DNA from: a virus
Taxonomy: Duplodnaviria > Heunggongvirae > Uroviricota > Caudoviricetes
Direction: 5' to 3' (one strand)
Virus record (IMG/VR): IMGVR_UViG_3300009285_002354
Location: 64,001 to 106,595 of that record
Length of the DNA stretch: 42,595 nucleotides
Shown: piece by piece, positions 25,063 to 34,340 of the stretch
Layout: each line of letters begins with the position of its first letter
Position numbering within the stretch: position 1 is the first letter of the stretch
Made by a program: the position numbers and the translations under genes
Notes under the pieces: model-generated
Told to the model about the DNA's origin: nothing
Seen by the model: the letters and a program-made list of their open reading frames with translations, nothing else
Databases searched by the model: none

Positions 25063-25369
25063 TTTGCTCCTTTCCCTCTTCCTCTTCGTCCCCGAACGCT
25101 TCATCGGCCGCTTTGAGGGCCCTGCCGAATTCAGGATGTTCTCTCGCCTTGTCCATCCACTTGCACACCTTGTCGATCGTCGGCCCGCGATTGCTTCGCC
25201 AAGGGATGTGCAAGTCAGTCAGATCGACTCCCCACAAGAACAGCAGGGCCAGGCGTATCCTCTGCCATAAAGTGTAGTCGCGGCCGTCGCCGTCGAAAGT
25301 CCGCAGAGAATCATCGTGCTGTTGTCGCCATTCGGCGTGGGTCTTGAAGCCGAGATTTCGCAGTCTCAT
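25037..25369 (-). CDS. Hypothetical protein
   Basis: GGAG RBS; operon packing. Confidence 0.55.
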   Translation of the reverse strand: MRLRNLGFKTHAEWRQQHDDSLRTFDGDGRDYTLWQRIRLALLFLWGVDLTDLHIPWRSNRGPTIDKVCKWMDKAREHPEFGRALKAADEAFGDEEEEGKEQNEDLHRKD

Positions 25370-25749
25370 GTTTTCTCCTTTCCATGCACTTCGTCTAGAT
25401 GCCGAGCCCATGCGTCAATGGCGATCATGGCCAGTTTTTGTGAGACTTCTTCATCTGGAGGCTCGGTGAGCAATGCGACGCGCACGATTCGGTCCTTGTT
25501 TTCTGATGCCCATGCATAGAGCTGGTCACGGTGAGCTTCAAATGCCGGGTCGCGAGGCTTGTCCTTCGCGGTCGATTTCCGCACCCGCAGGTTTGCGTGC
25601 AGCGTATCGGCAACACCGGCTGCGAATGCAAAGACGAACACGCCGACGAAGAAGCTATCTGCCGAGGGATGCGTCTGCTCCGTGGTCACCCAGAGCCCGT
25701 GCGAGCAGACCACAAAGCAGAGAAAGAAGAACCCCTTGAGGATTCTCAT
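25366..25749 (-). CDS. Hypothetical membrane protein
   Basis: Two hydrophobic segments; ATGA coupling. Confidence 0.55.
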   Translation of the reverse strand: MRILKGFFFLCFVVCSHGLWVTTEQTHPSADSFFVGVFVFAFAAGVADTLHANLRVRKSTAKDKPRDPAFEAHRDQLYAWASENKDRIVRVALLTEPPDEEVSQKLAMIAIDAWARHLDEVHGKEKT

Positions 25750-26084
25750 GAGTCACCTCTCTGTTCCTTCATTTTCTTGGCGATCAGGGCCGCTACAATG
25801 AAATGCTTTGGCTGGGCACAGTGCAGCATCCACCAGTACACACTCGCTGCAATTACGTTATCCGATGCGGGACCAAATACTTTGTAGTGAACCAGCTTGG
25901 ACGCTACCGCAAACGGCGAAACCACCATCCCTTGAGTCCCCGCGACGGCCTCGTCTCTCAGCCGAAAGACCAAGTCGGCCCAATGCTCATCTGTGCCGAT
26001 GAATAGATTTTCCCTTGCTGCGTATTGGTGGAATGCCAAGTCATCATCCAGCAACGCCAGCAGGTTTTCGATTTCGAGGTTCAT
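25746..26084 (-). CDS. Hypothetical protein
   Basis: AAAGGAG RBS before MNLEIE. Confidence 0.55.
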   Translation of the reverse strand: MNLEIENLLALLDDDLAFHQYAARENLFIGTDEHWADLVFRLRDEAVAGTQGMVVSPFAVASKLVHYKVFGPASDNVIAASVYWWMLHCAQPKHFIVAALIAKKMKEQRGDS

Positions 26085-26097
26085 ACGCCATCTCCTT

Positions 26098-26271
26098 TCA
26101 TGCATAGAAGACTTTGATTTTGACCGCGCCGATGACAAACAGGATGGATGCCACGATCCCCAACAGATAAGCGGGGATCGCATAGCTCTCCTGGTAGCAG
26201 ATCAGCGCCACAGGCCCGACGACCGGTATGCTGAACAAGTAGAACGCCGGGAAGTCTACGTGTCGTCTCAT
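26098..26271 (-). CDS. Small membrane protein
   Basis: Two hydrophobic stretches; ATGA coupling. Confidence 0.5.
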   Translation of the reverse strand: MRRHVDFPAFYLFSIPVVGPVALICYQESYAIPAYLLGIVASILFVIGAVKIKVFYA

Positions 26272-27047
26272 GGTCTCACCACCCTTCTGGTGTCGGTGTT
26301 GTGGAACGTCACGCCAGACAGATGTTTGGCGAGATCGTCCTTGATGTAATAGGGCCTGCCGTACTTCTCGCACAGGGCGATAGCCTCCATGCCGAAGGCT
26401 CGCCAGTCAATCTCCTTCTCACGGGCTGTGTCATGGTTGAGTTTGCCGATCTTGTAGAGTCGCACGGCGTGATGCGTGGCACAGATCAGCCTGAGCGACT
26501 CTTCCGGGTCTAGGACCGGCTCCAGGCTCACCCACGTCTCAATGCCACGGCCATAGGCTACTTCAATCGCGTGAATACGATCGTCCGGCAGGGCGGCCCC
26601 AGGCTCTTCGCGACGGCTGCACTCGGTATCCATGTACGTCAGCGTCGTGGCGAAGGCATCGTTCAGCCCGTATAGGTCAAAGTCCGCAACCGCTCGCATT
26701 CCGCCCTTGGTCAAGACCTGAAACGGCACATTGAACGCACGGAAGATTCCGAGGATCAGCCGGCCAATCCCTGTCGCGACAGCTTCGGGGCTGTACATAT
26801 CCCCGGCGAAGCAGCAGAGAACGCGCTCGTTCGTCCCTGATAACTCCTGGGTATCCCGGCGCACGAGTTTCACGATGTTCTTGCGCGGGGCGAAGGGGAC
26901 CTGCCGCCATCGCTCATGCGTCTTACGGCACATGCCCGGAACGTAACAGTAGCTGCAATCGTGAGAGCACCAACTATACCCCCATGGATTCAAAGCCAGC
27001 AGGCTGTATTCAAGGGCTCTGCCCTTCGGTTTGTAAATCGCTTGCAT
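26268..27047 (-). CDS. Radical SAM protein (spore photoproduct lyase-like family)
   Basis: CSHDCSYC motif, GDMY, QVLTK, WVSLEP; start MQAIYKPKG after AAGGAG. Confidence 0.85.
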   Translation of the reverse strand: MQAIYKPKGRALEYSLLALNPWGYSWCSHDCSYCYVPGMCRKTHERWRQVPFAPRKNIVKLVRRDTQELSGTNERVLCCFAGDMYSPEAVATGIGRLILGIFRAFNVPFQVLTKGGMRAVADFDLYGLNDAFATTLTYMDTECSRREEPGAALPDDRIHAIEVAYGRGIETWVSLEPVLDPEESLRLICATHHAVRLYKIGKLNHDTAREKEIDWRAFGMEAIALCEKYGRPYYIKDDLAKHLSGVTFHNTDTRRVVRP

Positions 27048-27051
27048 AACG

Positions 27052-27219
27052 TCACTCCTTTCGCAGGATGGCCCCAAGGCACTTGTCTCTGTTGTTGCAT
27101 TTGCAACAGCAAATTTCCTTCCGGTCGCAGTAGTCGCACTCCAACAGATTGCCGGGATGCTTCCACTTGACCTCATGGGGATTCCGTTGGTTCTTGATTT
27201 TGGACTTATTCCGACTCAT
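27052..27219 (-). CDS. Small Cys-rich protein
   Basis: CDYC..CCCKC..C; AAAGGAG RBS. Confidence 0.5.
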   Translation of the reverse strand: MSRNKSKIKNQRNPHEVKWKHPGNLLECDYCDRKEICCCKCNNRDKCLGAILRKE

Positions 27220-27229
27220 ATCTTCTCCT

Positions 27230-27874
27230 TTATCGCCGCATGTCGCCGGCTTCCACATATTGAAGCATCATGCGCAGGTTATTGTTACACTTCGTCGCCA
27301 ACTCCATGTAGTCTTTGAGTGGCCGGCCGTCCAGCTTCTCCCACTTGGCGATCTGCTTGCACCACTTGGCAAAGGGTTTCGTGAGGTACTTGTTGCTCAG
27401 TTCGAGATGGATGCACCGGCTCAACAATGGTGAGGCATCTACGTTCCCATCGAAGAGATGCAACTGTCCTTCCGCGGTTGTAGTGAAGATGAATACGACA
27501 TGACTTGGCAGTCGCTCCAGAAGACCGAGCAGGCGACGAACCACCCATGCTCTCAGCCCGTGGGCCTCGTTCACTATGATACATCTGCCGCCCTTGCCCC
27601 AGGCTGTATAGTGCATTGAGTCTTCAATGTCATTCACGGCGTCTGTCGTCAATTCGTGTCCACTGTCAAACTCTGCGATGAAGAAATCGTCGGCACCCAT
27701 CCTCGCAAGAATCCTGGCAATCGTGGTCTTGCCGCACCCGGAGGGCCCAGAAATCCAGTACGTTTTTCCGCCCTATCCGAATTCCAAGGCGCACTTGATC
27801 TGCTTCTTGGCTACTGTCTGACCGATCACTTGACTCATACATGTTGGTCGATAGAACTCATAAAGCTGTGGCAT
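27230..27874 (-). pseudogene. Clamp-loader/RarA-like AAA+ ATPase interrupted by one in-frame TAG
   Basis: MPQLYEFYRP..VIGQ..FG[TAG at 27773-27775]GGKTYWISGPSGCGKTT..IVNEAH..LSRC in one frame. Confidence 0.85.
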
Positions 27875-28787
27875 GTTTCTTCCCTTTCGATTGTGTTCGG
27901 ACATCTGCGAACAGAGTCCGAATGTTCGTTGTGGTGATGTCTTTCCGCTGGCTCGTGGATGAAACGGCGTACTGCCGCTTGACGGCGTCGATGTACATCG
28001 TGAACTCGCCGTCGTCGCCCTGATAGAGCGTTTCCCATTGCTCTGCGGGAATGAGGCCCTTGACGTCCAGTTGCTTCAAGGCGAGGTTGTCGAACCCGAT
28101 GTGAACTCCCGGATACTTCAACAACGGCGGTAATTTGCGCCGCCATTCATTCAGGCATTGCTCGACTTCGCTGCTGCACTCTACCCCGTAGTGTTCTCCC
28201 CGGCCGTATCGCTTATAGCCGAGAATCAGGGCCTTCGGGCATATCTGGAGTGCGTGGACCACATCTTCCGGCTTGTGGATGCCCGCGATAAAGTGGATGA
28301 CCGTGTTGGCGTCCGCGATCCCACCGATGGCTTCAATATACTCAGGGACATAAGATATGCCCAACCCGCGAATCCATCCGAAGTGCCGCGCCATGCGAAT
28401 CACATTTGGTTTGATGTGCCGCGCATTGACAGTCACGTTGACGACCAGACCATGCAGCCACAGATTATTGATGATTGTGGCGAATCGCGGATGACGCAGA
28501 GGATCCCCGCCGCCTATGGCGATCTCCGCACCATGCGGGAGTCCAGCCAGAACATTCAGGAGGAACTCCGGATCGGCGTGCTCGCCATCAGGGGTAGCTT
28601 CTTCGTGGCACCAGGGACATCCTGCATCACATCGGTTCGTGATCTTCAAGTCGATGGACACAGGGAACTCCGGCGCTGCTGGCGGTTCATAGTCGATGAT
28701 CCGCGTCCCATCATCAAAAATCTGGACGGCGCAGTTGCCGTTCTGGTACTGTGCGAGTGATATGGGCTCCTTATTCATGATTGTCAT
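27858..28787 (-). CDS. Radical SAM protein
   Basis: ITNRCDAGCPWCHE (CxxxCxxC), IAIGGGDP, NVTVN. Confidence 0.92.
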   Translation of the reverse strand: MTIMNKEPISLAQYQNGNCAVQIFDDGTRIIDYEPPAAPEFPVSIDLKITNRCDAGCPWCHEEATPDGEHADPEFLLNVLAGLPHGAEIAIGGGDPLRHPRFATIINNLWLHGLVVNVTVNARHIKPNVIRMARHFGWIRGLGISYVPEYIEAIGGIADANTVIHFIAGIHKPEDVVHALQICPKALILGYKRYGRGEHYGVECSSEVEQCLNEWRRKLPPLLKYPGVHIGFDNLALKQLDVKGLIPAEQWETLYQGDDGEFTMYIDAVKRQYAVSSTSQRKDITTTNIRTLFADVRTQSKGKKHATAL

Positions 28788-29220
28788 TGTCAGTCCTTAA
28801 GATGCTTTCCCGGTTGAAGATGAACTGCCGCAGTGCTGTTTCTGATTCAAATGCCGGGCCACAGACATCGCTATCGTCGATGCTCTGGTGGTCGATGTGG
28901 CCCCACTCATCGCCATAGTCGCTGTCGGGATGGAGCGCCTCAAAGGCGACGCTTTTTGCTCCGACCTGCTCCTTGATGACTTTCCGTAACATTTTCAAGA
29001 GCTTCCCCCTCTTGGTTTGCATGGCATAGGTCAGGCAATATGACGCCTTTGTCTCAGCATCCTTGTAAGTCTCGACTTCCCACCCGAAGTCGCCAGGGCG
29101 GATTGTCACGGCGCCGTTGACGTTCACCGCGAGCTTCGCTGTACACACTCCGGGGTGAATCGTGATGGAGTGAGTGCTTGAGCTATTGGTCTCGAACATG
29201 CCTTGTCTAATCTTTCTCAT
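28771..29220 (-). CDS. Conserved phage protein with N-terminal FETNSSSTHS motif
   Basis: MRKIRQGMFETNSSSTHSI..GHIDHQS..F..IFN..S.L..DNDN; overlaps the radical SAM start. Confidence 0.75.
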   Translation of the reverse strand: MRKIRQGMFETNSSSTHSITIHPGVCTAKLAVNVNGAVTIRPGDFGWEVETYKDAETKASYCLTYAMQTKRGKLLKMLRKVIKEQVGAKSVAFEALHPDSDYGDEWGHIDHQSIDDSDVCGPAFESETALRQFIFNRESILRTDNDNHE

Positions 29221-29600
29221 GGTTTTCTCCTTCTGGTAGTGGTTGACATGAGTTTCGCGAGCGTTCCCTCGCCCGCTTCACATATCTGGCGGTGGAAGAC
29301 TCTGGCTACTCTATAGAGGGACTCCGGCTCGGCTGGAATAATCATGGGCCCATCCACGGCTTCGATGATCTGCAGCCAGGTGATGTCATTGGGATCGCGA
29401 TTGAGACAGTATCCCCCGCCGGAGCCACGGAATATCCGGACGATATCGGCGATCGCGAGCAGCTTCAATACCGCCAGGCTCTTGTGATGGGGCAGCCCCA
29501 ACGTGCTGAACATCGTCCATATATCGTCGGCCTTCTGTCGCTCCGTCGTCATGTGCGGCAGGAGCGTGAAAGCTATTCTTGCTTCTTGCGATAGGTTCAT
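29217..29600 (-). CDS. Rrf2 family transcriptional regulator
   Basis: RGSGGGYCLNRDPNDITWLQIIEAVDG winged-helix signature. Confidence 0.85.
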   Translation of the reverse strand: MNLSQEARIAFTLLPHMTTERQKADDIWTMFSTLGLPHHKSLAVLKLLAIADIVRIFRGSGGGYCLNRDPNDITWLQIIEAVDGPMIIPAEPESLYRVARVFHRQICEAGEGTLAKLMSTTTRRRKP

Positions 29601-29628
29601 GGGTTTTTCCTCACTATGTTCTTCTCGA

Positions 29629-30879
29629 TCATTCGCAGCGCCTTGGCGTCGCTTCTACTGGATTCCCATCGATGGATACGACCTCTCCATCTTGAATGTA
29701 CACACCCACCCTCCCGGTTTCGTCTTGCTGTTCTATCCAGAGTTGGAAGTCTCGCTTGTCGGCCATATCACAGACGGCTTTCATGGTCGTGCCGTCCAAG
29801 CCGTTCCCATTGATGAGCATGACCTTGAGCATCGGGTTCAGGGCCATCTGGATCGCCATCGAAATCTCAACCTGCTTTGCGTGATTTACCTGGGGCAGCG
29901 GGATTCCTTTGTAGAGCACGCCGGTTTCGTCCACCGACAATCCATCAAGGGGCATCAGACAGCCCGCCAGTGCGTCCGCCTTGTCGGCCTCCGCCTGCTT
30001 GATCTGCTGGAAGTCGGCGTTGACCTGCTCTGCCAGCTTGTCGATTCCACCTTGCGCCTTCGTGTGCTGCTGATTCTCGCGGACTTTGCGGTTCGTGGCC
30101 TCGATCTCACCGGCCTGCTTCTCGATCTCGGCTGTGTCGATCCTCTCCATCGTTGCGAGCCTGGCCTGAGTCCCCTGAATGTCGCTTTCCGCTACAGCCA
30201 GTGCCGCCTTGAGCCGCTGCATCTGGTCCTGGAGGTCAGTCAATACCAGCAACTGCTGGTCTGCCTTCTGCCGCAGAGCGTCGTGTTCCTTGTTGGCGGC
30301 GTTCGCCTTGTTCAACTGCGCCAAGAGTGAGGCCATCGAAACTTCTTCTGCCGGAGCATCCTCATGTTTGGGCATCCGGCCCAGGTCGATCTCTGCCGTC
30401 TTCTTCTGCTGCATGAGTCCCTTGCGGTGCTCCGTCAGTGCGGCGATCTTCTTGTCGTGGGCGCCTAGATCAACACCCATAAGCTCGATCAGGACTTGAC
30501 GCTGCTCTCTCGGGTCTTTCTCGATGAACGCCAGGGGATCGAATGCGATGGCGCCAACGAGCTTATCCAGAACCGCCTGGGGGCTCTTGGCCACGAAACC
30601 TTCCTTGTTCGTCACTTCCAGATAGGAACCGCTGGCGGTAAACTTCCGCGTCACGGTCAGTTCCTCCGTCTGGACGACGATGATGGCCTTCTCTTCGCCT
30701 TCGCGGATGGGCTTGCGCGGCGCGGAGTTCTTGCCTCCCATCGCCGCTACAATTGAGTTGATAACCGAGGTCTTACCTGACCCATTGACACCAGTAATCT
30801 TGACAACATTCCCCGTTGGTTCGATCTCGACGGCTACAAGCCGCATGAAATTGTTTGCAGATAACTTGAGAATCTTCAT
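29629..30879 (-). CDS. SbcC/Rad50-like coiled-coil ATPase
   Basis: NFMR, GVNGSGKTS Walker A, long coiled coil, degenerate C-terminal signature. Confidence 0.85.
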   Translation of the reverse strand: MKILKLSANNFMRLVAVEIEPTGNVVKITGVNGSGKTSVINSIVAAMGGKNSAPRKPIREGEEKAIIVVQTEELTVTRKFTASGSYLEVTNKEGFVAKSPQAVLDKLVGAIAFDPLAFIEKDPREQRQVLIELMGVDLGAHDKKIAALTEHRKGLMQQKKTAEIDLGRMPKHEDAPAEEVSMASLLAQLNKANAANKEHDALRQKADQQLLVLTDLQDQMQRLKAALAVAESDIQGTQARLATMERIDTAEIEKQAGEIEATNRKVRENQQHTKAQGGIDKLAEQVNADFQQIKQAEADKADALAGCLMPLDGLSVDETGVLYKGIPLPQVNHAKQVEISMAIQMALNPMLKVMLINGNGLDGTTMKAVCDMADKRDFQLWIEQQDETGRVGVYIQDGEVVSIDGNPVEATPRRCE

Positions 30880-30881
30880 CG

Positions 30882-31472
30882 CTATTCTCCTATAGTAAGT
30901 GTCCTTTTCCTGTTTATCTCTCTCGCAGCAGCCAATCGCTTCCTCTTCGCTCTTTGATACGCCGCATCATAAATGCGTCTGCACGTAAGGCAGACGCGGC
31001 GACCATTCTTCGGCCTCTTGAGATTCCCTCCAGACAGAGGATGGCCGTGTTTACAAAACGCCTTACACGGGTGTTTGATATCCTTAGCATGAATCCTGCT
31101 GTGTTCGGCTTGGTTTGGTAATACCTCCAAATTCTCAGCAGCATTGTTTTGTCTATTGCCGTCCTTGTGATGCACAATCTCTCCTATGGTAAGTGGGCGC
31201 ATAACAACTTGCTCTTCGGCGACAATTCTATGCATGTGGCGACCATTCAACTTGGCATAGGACTTTCCTTCACCCCGGCCCCTCTGTGTCTCCGCCTGCT
31301 TCTTGTGGGCCTCTGGTGTCATTGCTGCCGCACGCACTATGCCCCCGATCTCAGAGAAGGCACATGAGTGACTACAGCATCTTTGCTCCTGTGACGGCTT
31401 CTTAACCAAAAAACTATTGAGACAGACAGGACATATGCGCGTGCGTTCTTCTATGGTAGCTTTCCGTGTCAT
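30882..31472 (-). CDS. HNH endonuclease (HNH3)
   Basis: HRIVAE..IVHHKDGNRQNN..NLE HNH core, N-terminal CxxC and C-terminal CKHGH..CLTC domain. Confidence 0.9.
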   Translation of the reverse strand: MTRKATIEERTRICPVCLNSFLVKKPSQEQRCCSHSCAFSEIGGIVRAAAMTPEAHKKQAETQRGRGEGKSYAKLNGRHMHRIVAEEQVVMRPLTIGEIVHHKDGNRQNNAAENLEVLPNQAEHSRIHAKDIKHPCKAFCKHGHPLSGGNLKRPKNGRRVCLTCRRIYDAAYQRAKRKRLAAAREINRKRTLTIGE

Positions 31473-31507
31473 GGCATAGAACCCCTACAGAGCTTCAGGA
31501 TTTTCAT
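31469..31507 (-). pseudogene. Mini-ORF MKILKLCRGSMP: orphaned 5' end of the SbcC-like gene
   Basis: AAAGGAG RBS; first six residues identical to the ATPase at 30879; ATGA overlap with HNH3. Confidence 0.8.
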
Positions 31508-31552
31508 AAAGTATCTCCTTTGGAAAAAGTGTGATTGGGACGGCGCGTGCCG

Positions 31553-31939
31553 TCATTTCTTCGGTGTCGATGTTAGATGTGACAGGGCCGCTACAAGGCT
31601 TGCCCTTGCTTCTTTGTGGGATGATTTGAGCATTCTGATTTCTTGGCGCACCGCGGCCAGATTCTTGCGAAGATCAGTCTCTCTGGAGGATGGGGCGTCC
31701 TGGTTGTCAATCCACACAGCCACGACATGACGATGCTTGTCACAGACCAGTGCGTTGATGTACACGACGTTCGGCGACACATCGATGCCACCGTCAATTG
31801 TCAGCAGAGTTTCCACTTGTTCCATGACATCAGGCTCGAAGGGCTCCTGATCGGGAATGAATTCCGTGATCGTCTGTAAGCAGAACGCCAGCCTGCCGCC
31901 ACATTCAGGACAGATGCCTCGGTTCTCAGGTTTCTTCAT
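31553..31939 (-). CDS. Zn-ribbon hypothetical protein
   Basis: CPECGG motif; RBS. Confidence 0.6.
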   Translation of the reverse strand: MKKPENRGICPECGGRLAFCLQTITEFIPDQEPFEPDVMEQVETLLTIDGGIDVSPNVVYINALVCDKHRHVVAVWIDNQDAPSSRETDLRKNLAAVRQEIRMLKSSHKEARASLVAALSHLTSTPKK

Positions 31940-32727
31940 GGGGTTTCTCCTTTCCTATTGAGCCATGTTTCGGCGATGTGAACGCATAGGGCGTTGATCT
32001 TGTCTCGATCTGGCGCATCAGGTAGCTTGGACGCAATCAGCGCGTCGTGGGCCTTGCTGAATAGCGACTCAGCCTCGCGCTGCACCCGTTCAAGGGACCA
32101 TTCCCCACGCTTGATTTCGAGCAACTCCTGTGCGTCGGGACGTTTGACCCGCAACCTTCCGGTCGCAAGGAATTCAATGCCCATGCGCAGGAGCCGGATC
32201 AGATGCGATCCGTTCTTGCAGTCAAAGCCGAACTTCTCCACGAGTGTTTTACGCTTTTCGCCCATGTATCCCTCGTAGGCCCCGTGAGTCATTCGGTGAA
32301 GCTGGCCGTGCGCATAACCAACGAAACTGTGGTAGACATGCTTGCCGACGAACAACTCACGATTGTCGATCAGCAGTTGACCTGCCGGTGTAACCATGAT
32401 GTAATCCTGCTGCTCCAGCCACAGGATTCCAAGCACATTGGGATTCCCGCCGGCAAGCATCCTCATAGCTTTCCGTAACTCGAACAGGACAATGTCCCAG
32501 GGGCCCTCCTTGATCTCCTTGGTGCCGCGCGAGCCGAATTCCTTCAGGCCGTAGTAATACTCCATCGGCGGGATGCAGATGCCCATGACATCCTTGTCGT
32601 CGATGGACATAGGATCAGCGGGACCAACATACATCCCATGCGCAATACTGCCGCGATAGGCCAACAATATTGACCAGTCGTGAAGCATGTTGTGGTACTT
32701 CTCAGTGACGCTTCTATCTATTGGCAT
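31936..32727 (-). CDS. Pol-beta-superfamily nucleotidyltransferase (PF10127-like)
   Basis: GSIAHG..DDKDVMG catalytic motif, GNPNVL, FDCKNGSHLIRLL. Confidence 0.88.
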   Translation of the reverse strand: MPIDRSVTEKYHNMLHDWSILLAYRGSIAHGMYVGPADPMSIDDKDVMGICIPPMEYYYGLKEFGSRGTKEIKEGPWDIVLFELRKAMRMLAGGNPNVLGILWLEQQDYIMVTPAGQLLIDNRELFVGKHVYHSFVGYAHGQLHRMTHGAYEGYMGEKRKTLVEKFGFDCKNGSHLIRLLRMGIEFLATGRLRVKRPDAQELLEIKRGEWSLERVQREAESLFSKAHDALIASKLPDAPDRDKINALCVHIAETWLNRKGETP

Positions 32728-33065
32728 GAGTGTTCTCCTTTCTGTAGTTCAGCAACCTGCTCACTGACAGGTTCCCATGTGAAGCCCTTGTTTTGATATT
32801 GCCTCTTCTTCATAGCCTCGAACGACCTCGCCCACTTGAGTAACGATGGGACGGTATTGATCTTGGGGTCCGGGATATTCTCAAAGACCACATCATCCTT
32901 CTTGCCCAAGAGAAACAGCAGGTGGTAGAACTCATAGGCCGCATGATTGAAGAACAGGATGCAGTAGTCGGTGCGCTCTGAGCCATAGTCCGTGGTGAGC
33001 TTCATCAGCGAGGGCCATGCGCGTTCGGCGTACATAAAACGATTCCACAGCGTCTTTCTCAGCAC
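32718..33065 (-). CDS. Hypothetical protein
   Basis: Operon packing. Confidence 0.5.
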   Translation of the reverse strand: MLRKTLWNRFMYAERAWPSLMKLTTDYGSERTDYCILFFNHAAYEFYHLLFLLGKKDDVVFENIPDPKINTVPSLLKWARSFEAMKKRQYQNKGFTWEPVSEQVAELQKGEHSCQ

Positions 33066-33081
33066 GTACTTCTCCGCCGCC

Positions 33082-33387
33082 CTAATTGCATCCGATCGTC
33101 ACAGGTGGGCGCGGGAGATCGAACGACCGCGAACCCCCGAATCCCTGTCTTCGCTCTCGGCGAAGAGCCGTCGCTTCCGGGCTGTAATGGAAGTGCTGAT
33201 AGTAGTCCACCGGGAACTTGACAACGGTGATTCGAGAGGCCTCAATCGCCGGAACGCTTTGCAACCAGCGTTCATCCCACATCCACGACACAACCTGCTC
33301 TGGCTTACCTTTTTCGGCGATGATACAAAACGCCGGTCGGCCTTTGGTCTCTGTAGATTCTTTGAGTAGAGTGTTGATGGTTGTCAT
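33082..33387 (-). CDS. Hypothetical protein
   Basis: GGAG RBS. Confidence 0.55.
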   Translation of the reverse strand: MTTINTLLKESTETKGRPAFCIIAEKGKPEQVVSWMWDERWLQSVPAIEASRITVVKFPVDYYQHFHYSPEATALRRERRQGFGGSRSFDLPRPPVTIGCN

Positions 33388-33390
33388 GGG

Positions 33391-33915
33391 TCAGTCTCCT
33401 TCCTCTTTGGCGAGTTCAGCCAAAGCCTTGTGGTCGATCCCGATGCCTGCGTATATGAACGGCTCGACGGGATGCTTGATCTCTGCGTCGGGCACGTTGC
33501 CAATCGCATTGATGAATACATCGCGCACGTTCGTGGGGACAAGCAGATCCTCCATTGTGGCCTGTAGAGCTGTAATGACGGCGCGTTTCCCGGATAGCTC
33601 CTCTCGGACCGTATCGACATGCTTTCCATTGACGCCATATCCGAAGCTGTACTTCGCCCCCGAGGGTCTCGGTGATACCCACAGGATCACGTCGGGGTCC
33701 GGAGTCGTGAGATACCAGCAGGCGATTTCCTTATGGGGGTCACTCCCTTCTTCTGGGGGCCCGAATCGTCTGAACAAGTAGGCGAATAGGGGCCCATATT
33801 CCATCCTCAGTGCATCGGGCGAGACAAATTCGTCCCGCATTAGCAATCCGGCGCCCTCGACTTCCCATTCTTCATTCTCTGGCCATTGCCATGTCTTTGT
33901 GTGCCACATTCTCAT
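33391..33915 (-). CDS. Hypothetical protein
   Basis: ATGA coupling; 174 aa. Confidence 0.65.
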   Translation of the reverse strand: MRMWHTKTWQWPENEEWEVEGAGLLMRDEFVSPDALRMEYGPLFAYLFRRFGPPEEGSDPHKEIACWYLTTPDPDVILWVSPRPSGAKYSFGYGVNGKHVDTVREELSGKRAVITALQATMEDLLVPTNVRDVFINAIGNVPDAEIKHPVEPFIYAGIGIDHKALAELAKEEGD

Positions 33916-34328
33916 TCTCCTTTCTGCTCACTCAGATGGTCCGCGACCTTGACGCGCAGCTCAGATTCCAACTGGGGCCACATATCATCGAGCCACGTGC
34001 TGATGTCGTCGTGGTCGATGTCATTCGCGCGGGCGTAGGCAGTCACGTCGTCGATGTCCATCCTCTGCACGAATTCCTCGATCTGGTCGAGACTATCAAG
34101 GTCTTTCAGAAGCCGCTCCATCGCGGCATTCATGGCCCAGTCAGTGTATTTGTCTACTTCCCTTGCGGCCGAACGCAGGCGATTCCGGATCCTAAGACGC
34201 ATCTTCACGACTTGGTCGGAATCCATGCCTGGGTGAAGCATGACGGCAATCTCATTGCATAGAAGTCTCAGTTGGCCGTAGGCGGATAGGGCCGCCTGCA
34301 AACCAGGATTCGTTGCTTTTTCAATCAT
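33912..34328 (-). CDS. Hypothetical protein
   Basis: AAAGGAG RBS. Confidence 0.65.
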   Translation of the reverse strand: MIEKATNPGLQAALSAYGQLRLLCNEIAVMLHPGMDSDQVVKMRLRIRNRLRSAAREVDKYTDWAMNAAMERLLKDLDSLDQIEEFVQRMDIDDVTAYARANDIDHDDISTWLDDMWPQLESELRVKVADHLSEQKGE

Positions 34329-34340
34329 GGGGTTCTCCTT

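Noticed and set aside
27773-27775. Genome-wide TAG recoding or pyrrolysine
   Set aside because: Other genes end plausibly at TAG (2150, 4469, 14307, 30882) and no other internal ambers or Pyl machinery were seen.
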